A stretch of DNA of 64,000 nt. It comes from Azolla caroliniana. Lineage: Eukaryota > Plantae > Polypodiophyta. Location: assembly GCA_043228905.1 (NCBI GenBank), contig JBHGNT010000007.1:15624001-15688000 (forward strand), read 5' to 3'. The translations under genes were made by a program, and so were the position numbers. This document shows, in pieces, positions 12,342 through 26,600 of this stretch (positions within the stretch are counted from its first letter, which is position 1; every line of letters starts with the position of its first letter). Below the pieces are notes generated by a model, which saw nothing but the letters and a program-made list of their open reading frames with translations, had not been told where the DNA came from and ran no database searches.

Positions 12342-14529
12342 GATATCCCTTTACCCCTGCATTGTATGCTTTCCTTGGTAAAGTTTGATTGAAATTAATC
12401 TTGAAAGAAGAGAGTAATCACATTCGCAGAGTAAATAAGCTATAAGCTGATCTTGGCACGATGCATCTACATGAGAGAGTGGCAAGAAGAGAGCGTTTAA
12501 TGTATTCTATTGTAAAACTCGAATCAGCTACTATGATGATATTATCATCAATGTAGGGTTTTCTATTAAGCGAGCTATTGTATGAATTGGTGGTCTTTAT
12601 TGTCTGTCTACCTTTTGAATTTGTAGAGTTTCAACAGATCTGAATGTATTGCATTTCCTAAATAGAGAGAGTTGTCATTTGGACGTTATATTCGATTTGT
12701 ATAGGTGTGAAATGTTATGCAGGTGTGTGGAAGTTGCAGAGGTAATAGATGCATGTATTGATGAAAGATTCCATTGTATTTGACCCGGAAGTCTCGAGTC
12801 TTTTATGGTAATGAGGGATGCATGTGAAGCGTGGCTCAGTCTCTATTACCATGGCTCCTCATCACCATGGCTTTGAAGGAAAATTGATGGTTTGATTACT
12901 ATTCATGGTTGATGATTGAGACTTAAATCTCATCTCCATCTGTGGCAACATGATTATAAACTAAATTTCATAAGAAAAATGTTGAGATGTATAAATTCTG
13001 CCTTTTTTGTGTGAATGAATGAATGTGGACATATTAAGCATTGTTTTACAATTACTCTCAATTAAGGACTTCCAAGTGCTAAAGTTTGTAGTTTGGGAAT
13101 TGTTTATATGTTGATCTACTCGAGAAATGGGCTTAAAGAACTATAGTCTTGCAGATTGGGCATCCATTATGTGTTGATTTATCGCATGCTAGAATCATAT
13201 AAGGAAGTTGCATATGAGATTTGTTAAGTGTTTACAAAGAATTAGGGGATTTAAGAGGGAGTACATCAACAAGTGTCACATAAGAATGGTTGGGCACAAT
13301 AGTGCCAAACTTGGTTTGCTAGAGCTCTACAAGAGTTACCTTGATATCAATAAATAAGAGGGCATTTTAGTGTTGCTAGCTTTGTATTAGGGTTTATATA
13401 TGCTAACTAGTGGACATACCCATGTTTTGTCAATTGATTATGTGAGGCATGTAGACCCTTGAACCATGTTGGTCGACATCGTAAATCTAAGACGGTGTAA
13501 TGTAAGCCTTTGCAAGTGTGTAAAGGGTATTTGTTAAGTTGCCCAACATGGCATTCATGAAGCTTGTGAATGTAGGGTTAGAGTTGAATCAAAGTCCACG
13601 ATGACCACAAATGTTATTTTGGGGTGATGCCATTATGTCTATCACAAGTTAGTCAAACTTCCATCACAAGGATTTGCTTTGGCTATTTACTAAAAAATAA
13701 GAGCATCTTTACTCCAAAATAACCTTTCTCTTTACCTCAAAGTAGAACTTGGTCCAAGTTTATGAACTCCGCACAAAAATTCTACATAGGGTAATTGCAA
13801 CTTACGGTTTTGAATTCACCTTGCATATTCTCAACAAAAAACTATATATTCCCTACATATTCTTTGCATATTCTCACTTTAATAGAAACTCATAATGACA
13901 AAGAAGTCACGATCACATGTTATAGGGAGTTTGTGTCCTTTATTAGCCAAAGCACGTACTTATAAAGAGACAAGCACTTTAAAAAGCTTACCTTGAATAT
14001 GTAAGGTTCAATGATGACACACAATCTAGGAACCATGATATGCATGCTAATGCTAAAACACCAACGTAAGGACCATGGACAAAACACGGTTCCTCAATAA
14101 TCGAAGACAACTTGTCCCAAGGATACCTCAATGAAGCCTAGATCCATATTACCTAGCAAACATAGTCATCCGATTAAAGAATTTGACCCATCCGAAGAAG
14201 ACATCTATGTTATCCATCGTGATGCAGCACCCTATTAAGAATGCCACATGATCATATTTATAGCAAGTGGGCAGATGTCCATGTAGCCACATGACATGTG
14301 TCCATGCTCTAATTGTAATGCAGGGCGTGGCAAACAGGTGTCTGTGTAGCCTCATGGTAGGCGTCCATGCTCTCTCATCGTAAATGTAGTGAGTGTTTTA
14401 TGAACGTGGGCATGATCATATATATAGAAAAGCAAGTGAACGCGAGCTAAACGAAGCCACATGGTGTCGATCCGGCCGCACGCCTGGGCTGCTTTTCATT
14501 ACAACTTGCCCGCCACTTCTGTTTCCGGC

Positions 14530-14636
14530 GAATGAATTTGTGCCACGTCAGTTCCCGGCAAACTTCGGGGACGAATGAATTTGTGCCACGTCGGCTTCCG
14601 TCAAACTTCTGCGACCAATGAATTTGTGCCACGTCA
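14530..14636 (+). promoter_or_regulatory. 43-bp tandem repeat carrying GCCACGTC (ABRE/G-box-like) upstream of VPS39
   Basis: AATGAATTTGTGCCACGTC at ~14531, ~14574, ~14617. The repeat is observed; regulatory function is inferred. Confidence 0.5.
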
Positions 14637-14792
14637 GGCATGCAAATAATGAATGGGCCCGAGTTCGAATCTCAGGCAGACCCGACCCATTCTGCCATGT
14701 CAACATTGGGACGCAGAAAAGAAAAGAGAGAACAGAAAAGAAGAAGAAGAAGAAGAAGAAGGAGAAGGAGAAGGAGAGAGGAACAGAGAGCC

Positions 14793-17700
14793 ATGGTCCA
14801 CGTCGCTTACGATGTGAAGGAGCTTCTCAAGGCTTGCCCTGTGAAGATCGAGAGCGTCTCTCTCTGGTCTTCTCACCTCTTCGCTAGTTGCATCGATGGA
14901 TCCCTGCGCATTTACAAAACCAGAGCCAAAGGAGGAGGAGGAGGAGAAGATGACGACTTCGAGGAGGACCAAGAAGAAGACATGGGTCAAACAGGTGAAG
15001 ATCAGAAGAAGATGAAGAAACAGAAGGAAGAAAGAAGACCTGTCATTGCTGCCATCAGGAAGACAGACACAATCACTTTCCACAAGACTCTCATTGGGTT
15101 CTCCAAGAAGCCCATCACTTCCATGACAGTTATTGAGTCGAAGAATTTTGTCATCACCCTCTCAGATGCTGTTGTCATCCATAAGCTTCCTAGTCTTGAT
15201 GTCATGGCTTATCTTTCTAGCACCAAAGGCTCATCTTTGTATGCTTGGAATGAGAATCAAGGTCTTCTTTGCGCTGCCCGACAGAAACGTCTCTTCATCT
15301 TTCAATATGATGGTATGTGTTACACTCTTTGTTTGCCGAGCTGATTTACAATTATGCATGTGGAGTTTAACAGGGTAGAATAAATGTGATGTATTGCTCA
15401 ATATGTAATTCAATAACAATATTGTACATGGATTGAACAGAGTAGAACAAGTCTGATTGCTTTCAATTAAAATTTAACACTTATGAATGTGGATTCAGAC
15501 AATATAGGATTCACAATTATCACTGGAGATTGACGGAATAGATCAAGTTTGAGTAGAAGAAAATACTTTTTTCGTTGTATGTAATTCACAGTTACAAATG
15601 TGGATTTAACAGAATAGAATGAATTTGGTCAGAAAGTAAATTCATGTTTGTGCATTTCTTTCTTGATAATTATATGCAAGTCACAATAATGCAGACGAAT
15701 TCAATCAGAGATTTAGACATATTCTGTAGATTGTTGCAGTTGCATACCATTATTTTGTTTTCTGTGAAGAGTTTTGCATCTGAAAAAAGACACACATACT
15801 TATGCCCAGGAAGACGTGAATTTGTGGAGTTACCGGAGCTTTCTGCTCCAGATTATGTAGTTTCCATGGCTTGGTGTGGAGATTCTTTGTGTCTTGGCAT
15901 CCGGCGGGAGTATGTTATTGTAAACACTGCATCTGGGGTTGTAACTGATGTATTCCAGTGTGGACCAATGGCACCCCCTCTAGTATTACCACTTGCAAAT
16001 GGAGAGGTCCTGTTGGGAAAGGTTTGCATCCATTTACACTCATTAGCTTCCTACATTCTATTGAGTAGTTAAATTTGAGAGTATTATATTTTCCAGGACA
16101 ATGCAGGTGTATTTGTTGGTCAGAATGGCAAGTCCACCTTCCCAGGTGGAATCTCGTGGTCTGATGTCCCAAGCCTTGTTGTTCTCAACCCACCTTATGC
16201 TTTGGCTTGGCTGTCTCGTTCCATTGAAGTGAGTTTCTTTAGTTGACTTGGACATTAAAGTTCTTTCACATCCTCATAATGGGTAAGAGATAACATACAA
16301 ATAACATTATTTAATAAAAGAAAACCCAATCAAGCTTATTTATCCACTTTGATTTGTGAGAAAAGAGATGATTTGTGTTTTTCTAGCAGAGTTCATGCGA
16401 AAGAATGTAGTATACAGGATTTGCCCTAACACAATTGTAGTTATTTAGCAAAATGCAATTCAAAGGTTGTGATTACCTAGCAAAGAACAAGTTAAATAAT
16501 GAGGTATAGACTCTGAAGGATATGTTCCAAACGAAAGAAACTAATATCGAAGAGATATTTTTTATATCCATGATCAAGAGGAGTCAATCATTTGGACAAT
16601 GATATTTTGAATGGTTTGTATGAAGATAGATAATTTATGTCAGACTTCTTTTTTGTAAAGTCACACACTCTAGTGCTCGCAAAGGGATTCTCCAGTCACT
16701 TCTGTTTTTATTTAGCTACATTATTTTGGTTTGTTGTTCTCAAATATGAGACAACGTTTGTAGATGTAATCTCTTGTTTGGTCTTATAGGTCATTTTAGG
16801 CTTTTAAAAGATATTAATATGTCGTTCCGTTTTACCGTCAATTGGCCATGAAGCCACAAGCCAAGTGGGGTTTGAAGCACAAGTGATACCACTGAACTAT
16901 CGTTTAGAAAATGATTTATGTCTTTTCCCAATTTAATCTTTGTTGATCATCCTTTGTTTTAATTTGTAAATGATTAGTTCTGACCCTGACAATTCATCAT
17001 GTTGCAAACAACTTCTTGCCGATATATATGTTCTGTAGTAAATAAAAGAGCTCCACTGTGAATGGCCACAGATTAGGTATCTGCTGCCTCCATTCAGCCT
17101 AGTACAGACAATTTTCTTGAGGGATATGCAACTTCTGCCAACTGGTAATCATGTTGTAGCAATTGGGCCACAAGTGCTTATAGCGTCAGATCATGCAGTG
17201 CATGCCTTGCTCTTGGTGCCATTGGGTGCACAGGTAACACGCTGAGTATGTGTCCTCTTTAACCTTTTTTTTAACATGATGGGGTGTTCTCATGGAACTT
17301 TTATGTGCGTTATCTTATTACGGTTTACAGATAGTGCAGTTAACTGCATCAAGGAAGTTTGAGGAAGCGTTAGCATTGTGCAAGTTACTTCCTCCAGAAG
17401 ATGCTGCTCTTAGAGCTAACAAGGAAGATGACATTCATAGAAGGTTAGCTGTGATGACTTTTCTCTGCTAAACAGTTGGAAATCCATTGAGACATTTTGA
17501 TTTTGGCTGTAGCGTAGCATTATGCTGTTCATTTTCTTATTCTTATTTTCATAGATTCTTTATCTTCTCATTTAACATACTGAAAGAGATCCTGAAGCAT
17601 AATTTATACAGTTTCTTGGTCTAAAGTGTGGGATTTTAGCACGTTTGATCTGATACTTTGTTTACTTCAAGGTATGGCCAATTCTTATTTGAGCAGAAAG

Positions 17701-20700
17701 AGTATGGTGAATCCATGCAACAATTTGCAGCTTCTTCAGTAGATCTTCTGACAGTGCTATCATTATTTCCTTCAATAAAGCTGCCAAACTTCTGCAGCAA
17801 TAGAAACCATTCACCATTGTCCATAGAATCGAATGAAAATGATCCCTTTGATGACTATTCTCAATCAGCTGGCTTCTATGAAGAACCTGAGAGAGAATTA
17901 GGCAGTGAATTGAATCTAGAGAGAGAAAGAATTGCAGCTACGAGTGCTCTAACAAGTTACCTTTCAAAAAAGAGAGTGGCAATTGTCAATAAAGCTGAGG
18001 CAGAAGATACTACTGCTGCCCTTGCAGCAATTGTAAATGATAAGGACTCTGCTGGAGAAACAAAATCGTCAAAATCCTATATGACTAAGGTTAGTTAAAA
18101 TGCTGGCCGCGTTTTGTTTATATCTTACTCTGTGTTGTGAAGATCTGAACCACGTTTACAATAGACTACTCTTGACGGTTAAGTTCACATCATCATCACA
18201 GTGGGTGGCATTCAGAGGATGTTTTGGCTTCCTCTTTTTCTGGGCTAGTGTTTGTTATTTTTATGATCACCTCTTACATTCTGGTAAAAGGTCTTCTTAT
18301 AACTGTTGAAAATTTCATGTAAAATAATCCTTTAAACAGGTTATTACTTCGACAAGGAGGGAAAATGAAACAAATTATAGCCCAAAGGAACTAGCTATTA
18401 TACTTGATACTGCACTTGTTCAAGCACAATTGCTGTCTGGGCAGTCACCTGCAGCATTGGAGCTACTAACAGGACTTAATTTCTGTGATGTTGATACATG
18501 TGAAGAAATGATGAATCAAGGGTCCTATGTTAAGGAGTTGCTACAGCTGTACAAGTACAATGAGCTGCATCGCAAAGTCCTTGAACTTTTAAATCAGCTT
18601 GCCATGGATAAAAACTCTGCGACTTATTCAGAACTCTCTACTTATCAGGTTGGACCGGAGGACATCATGGACTATTTAAAGGTAACCTCTATTTTCTTGT
18701 ATATAGCAGCGTGTGCAACCTAGTCCCAGTTGACGTACACAAATTAACAGAATCTCCTGCAAACAGAAACTGGGGGGTCAGGATGTATTTCTTGTTCTGG
18801 ATTCTTCAGTTTGGCTTTTGAAAACTTGCCCAGAGCGAGCAATGAGTGTATATTCGTCAATAAATCCACCTTTGCCATCGGATACGGTGAACATATATTT
18901 GAAAGAGAATTTCCCGCACCTGCAAGCAATGTACCTCGAGCATTTGATGGAAAATGAAAAAATAAAATTTTCCAGTGTTCTACAGAATGAGTTGGTAAGC
19001 TTTGAAGAATGCTAGCTCATGACATGAAAATGATATAATAATTGTAAGAATTCAAAAAATCTCCCTTTAGGTTGGTCTTTATCTACAACAAGTTTTGGCG
19101 GAGCAATCCAAAGCACAGGATGAGGGATCATGGGATGAGCATCAACATACTGAAGCTCGGAAGAAGCTTTTGTTCGTACTAGAAAACTGTACGGGATATA
19201 ACTGTGAGAATGTCTTGAAATCCCTTCCATCAAATGGGTTCTATGAAGAACGAGCAATCTTACTTGGACAGTTGGGTCAACATCAGCTTGCTCTTACCCT
19301 TTATGCACATAAGGTAGTTTTGAGAACTCACATGTTTTATATGAGACAGATACCTCTTGAAATTAGAATGTAATATAAATTTAGATGGAGGTGTTGATTG
19401 CTTTCATCAAGCTGCAAATCATTCCTCATATCCTCTCTATGGTTTGATGCCATCATTTTGTGTCTGCTAATGTCGTCCCCATCCCATTTGTTCATTCATA
19501 TGCCTTGGCTAAGTGTAAATAATGAGTCAAAAGACAGGAATAGGCATCACCAGTTAAGCCAATTTGACAGGAAATCCTGCCCAGCCAAGTTTATGATATA
19601 GTACTTAAGTCTCTTTTACAATCCTACAAATGCATTCATATGTTTCTAATCATGTACTCTTTGTAATATATATAGCTTCATGAACCAGCTTTGGCACTCA
19701 AGTATTGCGACAAGGTTTTCATTGCAGCAAACTCAGTTCCCAGATTAAGCAATTCAAATACAATGGCATCTAAAAACCTCATGGATAAAGCAGCTTTAAG
19801 TGTGTATCTAACACTACTGCGAGTCTATTTAAAGCCTACTGCATCTCTTCGGGAATATGATCGTTCTGTTGCAAGTTTGGACATTTCAAAGAGATTTCCA
19901 GCCCAGAGGCGTGTTACACCTCAAAGAACCAAAGGGCATGTGTCTAGTAAAATAGCACAGATCGAAGGATGGGATGACAGCAGGCAAAGTATAAGCAGTG
20001 AGAGCACTATAGAGAGTGGAAAAAGTGACGGGGAGGATAATAATTTACAACAGACTTTTGCTACAAGCACTGAAATCTCAGAAAGATTTGATCATGATAA
20101 TGAAGGAGTAATGCTGGATGAAGCATTGGACTTATTAAGTCACCGATGGGACCGAATTGACGTTGGACAGGCCCTCTCCTTACTTCCATCCAATACGAAA
20201 CTGCAGGTCATTTTCATCAACGCAAGAACCAGCCTTTTCTTTTCTAAGTTTTTGTTTCTTAGTAATGAGGAGTTTTTCCACAACCAAGGGTAGAGTGGGA
20301 GTTGAACTCTGGATCTATATGGCTTAGAGGGCAAGGGATTGAACCATTAAGCTAGCGTATTTCTACGTATGCAAAGTTTATTGTAATACACGTTTCTCTA
20401 TATAATTCTACCCTAGTAGGACTGGGCCAATTTGTTTCTATGCATGTAGGACTTACTTCAATATGATACTTCTCTATGTAATACTTCCAACTTGCTTGTT
20501 ATATTTTTTAGGGTCTATATCCATTTCTTCAACCATTGGTGCTCAAATCTTCGGAGACACGACGTAATTTGTCTGTGATCAAGAATCTTCGTCAAAGTGA
20601 GAGTCTGCAGGTAGTATTTTACAAAGACATTTTCATGCAAACAGTCTCTTGTCTTCTCTTGAATGTTTGTCCAAGTGACTGTGTGTTCTTCTCGTTTGTA

Positions 20701-20896
20701 GGTCAAGCAGGAGCTTGAAAAATCCCGAAGGCACATGGTAAAAATCACAAATGAGAACACTTGCTCTATTTGCACTAAGAAAATTGGAGCTAGTGTGTTT
20801 GTTATGTATCCAAGTGGAGTCCTTGTACATTTTGTGTGTCACAAAAACCAAAAGGCTAATAGAACTTTTACGAGATCAGCTGTGACCATCTACTGA
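14793..20896 (+). CDS. VPS39: Vacuolar protein sorting 39 (Vam6/VPS39, HOPS subunit; CNH, clathrin-repeat and C-terminal zinc-finger regions)
   Basis: Starts MVHVAYDVKELLKACP...CIDGSLRIY as in plant VPS39. Exons 14793-15312, 15810-16021, 16097-16228, 17072-17233, 17331-17443, 17672-18089, 18340-18681, 18767-18994, 19071-19313, 19676-20206, 20512-20610, 20702-20896. Motifs IVQLTASRKFEEALALCKLLPPED, LDTALVQA, FYEERAILLG, CSICTKKIGASVFVMYPSG.LVHFVC. Confidence 0.93.
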
Positions 20897-21498
20897 TTTG
20901 GAAATCTGTTTTTGAATAATGTAAATTTATCATCTCGTTCAGGACAGGCAGATCTGTCCTCTTCTGAATTTTATTTTGGATAGCTTTTAATGCTATGAGA
21001 ATGTATATATATAACTGATGCAATGAATGGGTTTCCAAGTTAAATGTAGTCAGTCCACTATTGTCAATACTGACAAGGCACACACTTTTCAATCACAGCA
21101 ATATCGTTTGTTGTCACATCTTCTACTAATAATGGCATAATTGATGTATAGCTTAATTAACCTACAACATTGGCATTCATATATATATCCATTAACCTGT
21201 ATATACTCTTGTGAACCTCCATTAAGATTGTGTTCTAGTAGTGTCAAGGTTTTTTGTTCACACCACACATTCCCATCATCCAATGATACTTTGATGGTGC
21301 CTTCACTAAGACCAGATTCACTGGAGTACCATCAAGAGTGCTTTTCCACACTCCAACACCATCATCCAATGATCACTTTTGTAGTACCCAAAAGTTTGTT
21401 ATATAGTAGGTTCTTGAAAGGTTAATATATTGAAAAAGCTCCTTGAAATATAGATATATTGTTTGATTTGCATATGAGAGGCTTGACGAAGATATCCA

Positions 21499-21705
21499 CA
21501 CAATTTTTGGTGTTGATCAACAATGTAGTCGAATAGTTTCATTTCTTATGAGCTCAATGAGACATTCACACATGTTTGTAACTGTATCAAGGCATGATTC
21601 ACTCAATTTTTAGTGTTGATCAATAATCTAATTGGATAGTTTTCATTTCTTATGAGCTCAATGAGGCATTCATGCATTTTTGTACCTATATTAAGGCATG
21701 ATTCA
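21499..21705. repeat. Degenerate ~103-bp tandem duplication
   Basis: caattttt.gtgttgatcaa...catttcttatgagctcaatgag.cattca...aaggcatgattca present twice. Confidence 0.75.
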
Positions 21706-22905
21706 CATACCATTCCTATTTTTTGGGCACTTCACACTCTTGCACTACTTAAGCCCTAAGATGTGAACATGGGTTTAGATGAGAAAGAAATGTGAGTGAG
21801 GCATGAGTATTGAATTAAATTTTTCTTGTGTGAACTCTTTTTGCACATTTACATAAGCATAAGTTATGACCACTGACAAACATCTTGTCTTCTCCATGTT
21901 CTCCTATTTTTTTATGTTAAGGAGAAGATTTTGAAGCATCCTAGGAAAATGAAGACATAGGACATCATAGAGAACAAGAAGATCCAACGCTTTATTTTTG
22001 TCAAAACAGGCCTCATCTCAAAGAGATCAAATCTTCTTTTGCAAACCTTGTGAGTGGAATGGAAATTGTTCAAGTTGTACGACATCACACGGAAACAAAT
22101 TGCATCTAGAGTTGAAAACAAGACAACTATCTTTCACTTCAAGAAGCATTTTTCGTGATTTGTTCCCAATGGGTGATAGAATCAACCAACAACAAATCAT
22201 AAAGGTTTAAACTTTATAAACCCATGTTGTGATTGATGAACACCACCACAACTTCTAATACAGGTTTTCCTTACCACGTCTCCAAAACCAATGAAAGAGC
22301 ATCAAATAATTTGACTTTGTGTCTTTTCTAATGTGGAATATCACATGTACATTCAGTGCATGTCTTGTTATAGAATAATTTGCATTAAATTTTTGTCGTA
22401 AAATGAAGTTACATAATCAATTGAGTCACACAAGATACTTGGGTAAGTGATTATTTTGGCGAAGAGTTAGCTTGAGGGACGAAACCATGAAAGGTGATTC
22501 ACAACAAACCTGAAATTGTTTTTAAAGAATAAAGAAAACCATGAACTCCACAATTTTACAAGGTTGGAAATTGGAAGAACAACAACTTTCATTGACAAAT
22601 CCCCTCTTTTAGAATGAAATGCCTCACCATCCAATAACTATTTTTCATGTTGCAGTAATGAAGCTTCCACCATGGTTGGAATTGAAAAGGACATGAGACC
22701 CACACTATGTAGGATTTACCAATAAAAAACATTAATTTTGCTCTTGTCAATAAAAGACACGATTCTTATTTATCTTTTGCGTAGGACATGTGAAACTAGT
22801 GGAATTCCAAGCACTCGAGCACATAATGGAGTACATGTGAATATATCTACCCACAAAAAGTCGAGCCCTTAGTGCTACACAGCAAAAGAGAGCCATGGAT
22901 CGGAA

Positions 22906-23090
22906 GATAAGCATGCACAGTCGCATTCAAAGTCATATAAGATAAGCCCGCACACTCACTACGATGAGCGAAGAAAAAGGTGATCAAGGGTCATACATAC
23001 CACACTCACAAAAAGAGGGCAAAAGGGATAAGTGTGCACACTCACATTGCCAAGGTGTGAAGAGATAAGCACAAAAATAGATAAAGCACA
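22906..23090 (+). promoter_or_regulatory. Cluster of GATAAG (I-box-like) motifs upstream of threonine aldolase
   Basis: GATAAG at ~22906, 22941, 23027, 23064 plus GATAAAG ~23080, several followed by gcaca(ctcac). Confidence 0.35.
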
Positions 23091-23495
23091 AAGCCGCTCA
23101 CGCTCTCCTACCCACGAAGGATAGATATATTTTTAACGTCCACAGGAGACCAATTGCGATCTAGGACACGAGGGACCTAGCTGCGCATGGTGAGGGTCGA
23201 GGCCTCGGTTCTCTCCATTTTATAGCTTCAATACTACTACAGTGTAAACAAACCACGAAGCCAGGGCTACAGAGGAGAAGAAGCATTGCCACGCGGACCT
23301 GATCGGGGTGGCTATTTCTGGTGTCTTTCGAATTCACACGTTTGTTTCTGAGTGTCTTTGACGTCAGTTCGTGTGATCCGAGAGTGTCTATGGCATTGTC
23401 ACTGCATAAAAACATGCATACAATAATATGGTTACTTTATCTATGTATTTTATACGTATCCGTATACATGGGAATCCTATACATACATGTACATG

Positions 23496-23529
<34 letters not shown>

Positions 23530-23679
23530 TGTATGTGTATGTATGTATACGAGAAGCCATAGCTATATATATGTATATACATACACATGCATGGCATAAT
23601 TGCAGAGATATCAGGAGACCCTTCCCCTGTCACCTCCATCTCTGACGCAGCAGAAAGAAGAAGAAGAAGAAGGGAAGCC

Positions 23680-26600
23680 ATGTCTGCCTCGCCTGCTTGT
23701 GCTGGCTATGGCGGCTGCTCCCCATCCCTGGGAGAGCCCAAAGAAGCAGGGGATGGAGGCTTGCCTGCAAGTCCCCTCCGTCTCGTGGACCTCCGCTCTG
23801 ACACCGTCACCAAGCCCACATTGGCTATGCGCCAGGCCATGGCCGATGCCGAGGTGGATGATGATGTCCTTGGCATGGATCCCACCGCTAACCTTCTCCA
23901 GCACCGGCTGGCTCAGATCTGCGGTAAAGAGGATGCGCTCTTTGTGGCTTCTGGTACCATGGGCAACCTCATCAGTGTCTTGGTCCACTGTGAGGTAACT
24001 CCTTTCTTTGCTCTTTCTTCCTTTCTCTGTGAACTTATTTCTTTCCCTTTTTTGCCTTCTGTTTAATGAAAGAAGGCGTTGCATCCCTCCTGATGGAAGG
24101 ACATCCTCCATGCAATATTGTCTTTCCTCTCCATCAGTGATCTTGATTTGTATTGTAGTGTGTGTATCATCATATGACTGCTGAAAGCTGAGTTTCTATT
24201 CTTGTACGACTTTTAAAAGCCTAGTTGTCTATGTGTGTCTATATATATATGATGATTGTCTATAGATTACGTTGTATGGTGTTTTATAATTGAATCTTTT
24301 ATGTAATGATATGATGTTTGCATATGCATGTAATTATATGATGTTGTGAAAGAAGTTTTCATTTGATCATATTTGCTAATGTCAGGAATCTGACTGGTCT
24401 GTCAGATTCGCGGTAGTGAGGTGATTGTTGGTGCAGAAAGCCACATTCATCTATATGAGCAGGGAGGGATTTCCACAATTGGTGGTGTATACTCCCACAC
24501 AGTACCTAATGAAAAGGATGGTACAATGGATTTGGGGAAAGTTGAAGCGGCGATCCGTGAACCAGGCGACATTCACAGTCCAATAACTCGGCTTATCTGT
24601 ATTGAAAACACCCATGCCAGGTATACCTGATGCTCTGAACTCTCTCGTAGATGGTGCATGTTTCGACATGAAAATTATCATTCCAGACCTTTTTATCTTT
24701 GCATGTTTACAAGGATGATGAGCTCCTTTCAGAAAGTCACTTTTCATATGCTAGTTTCCCAAAGACATGTGTGATGGGGCATGTATATACCTGATTCTCC
24801 ACTACTTTGTGTGTAAAATTTTCTGTGAAGAAAATTGTTGCGAGCTCACTGTTCGCATGAAAGGTTTCTGGAGTTCGGAAGAAAAATGTATTGGTCTTGA
24901 TGCTAAAGAAATCAGAGTGTTGAATACACTAAAAGTAGTGGTAAGAGAAATCAGGGTATTGAAAACACTAAAAATAGTGGTATGAATAGAATAGAAGTGA
25001 ATTTGTAGAAACTTGCATGTCTAATATTATAATCTGAGTTGTGGCACAATGTGGCCTTGATAGTAAGTGCATCAACTACATCCCATCTGCGGCAGTTAAA
25101 AATATTGTAATATTGCATGTGAATATCCATATATGTGTAGCTTTTTCTTTAATCCTAGCTGTAGCAGTCAAAAATATTGCAATAGTTTGCAATTGCATGT
25201 AAATATCCATTTAAACGCTTTCTTTAATTTCAGTTCTGGGGGAAAGTGCATTAGCCCTGAGTATACAGATGAAATTGGCGCCTTGGCCAACAGATATGGA
25301 TTGAAGCTTCATATTGATGGAGCAAGGATCTTCAATGCTTCAGCTGTAGGTCATAAAGGAGTATTATAATAATTCAATTCCTCTTTAATTATCATTTGGG
25401 GAGGTGTCTTACTTTTCCTCTCTTTGCCATGGTGCAGGCATTGGGAATACCTATCGAGAGATTAGTGAGGGCAGCAGACTCGGTCTCGGTAGGTTTTATG
25501 TTTCAGATTTTCTATAGTTGATGACTCAACTGTTTGCTGACCTGCTATTCAGTCCGAGTAAAGCTGAAAATTTTATTTTGTAAAGGTCGCATAATATACT
25601 TAAAAAGCAACACAATCACGAATGGATGAATAAATTTGTGCAGTGATGTGTTAATACACACAATGCACATGCATAATGTGCAAGAACACTCTCTCATACA
25701 GGATGCACATGTCACTGTAATGACATGTTTACAATGCACATGTTTTTGATTATTAGGCCACATCCAAATGCATATTCCTTAGTCCCACTGTAGCTTTATC
25801 TTGATTATCAAAATATGGGTTGTAGTGCCTTTGGCATGCTCACCCCCAAAGAGAACAAACAAATCTGAATTCAATCAAGTGTTCTTATAAAATGCCTTTC
25901 CAATTACTACTTGAGGTTTTCCTTCAATGGGTATGTATTCGTTTCTACAGATCTGCTTATCAAAAGGCTTGGGAGCTCCCATTGGTTCAGTGATTGTCGG
26001 ATCCTCAGAATTCATTGCAAAGGTGTATATATTTTGTTTTTGTATACAATGTCATTCCAAGTATTGATTTAAAGATCCGTTAGTGTGCCACATCCCATAA
26101 AATCAATCAAATACATTGTAAGTCAGACTTCATGCTTGCTTGTTTCCCATGATACTAGGCTCGAAGGTTGAGAAAAGCTCTTGGAGGAGGCATGAGACAA
26201 TTAGGAGTGTTGGCAGCACCAGCCTTGGTCTCACTGCGAGACATAGTTAGCAAGCTCCATATTGATCATCAAAATGCACGCCGCCTTGCGGGTATGTTTA
26301 GGGTTTGTATCTATCAACATAACCCCTGGGTATGTTTAAAGATTGTATTTATCAATATAATCCCCCATGCTCGGTTGATATAAGTTGTCTACAGAGATTT
26401 AATGCAACAAACTTTTGACATGGTATGATTTCTGCAGATGGAATAAATGCTATAAAGGGACTACATGTTGATCTCAATTCTGTGGAAACAAATATGGTAC
26501 CTTGCTGGCTCCATTATCCATCCATTGTTGAAAGCTTTGATTTTAAACATATTTCATGGCCTGTTGTTCGTGTTCGAAACAGGTTTTTATCGAAGTCACA

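Noticed and set aside
14640-14792. Poly-Arg N-terminal extension of VPS39 in the ORF track
   Set aside because: Arises from GAA/GAG 5' UTR repeats; the conserved start MVHxAYD is at 14793.
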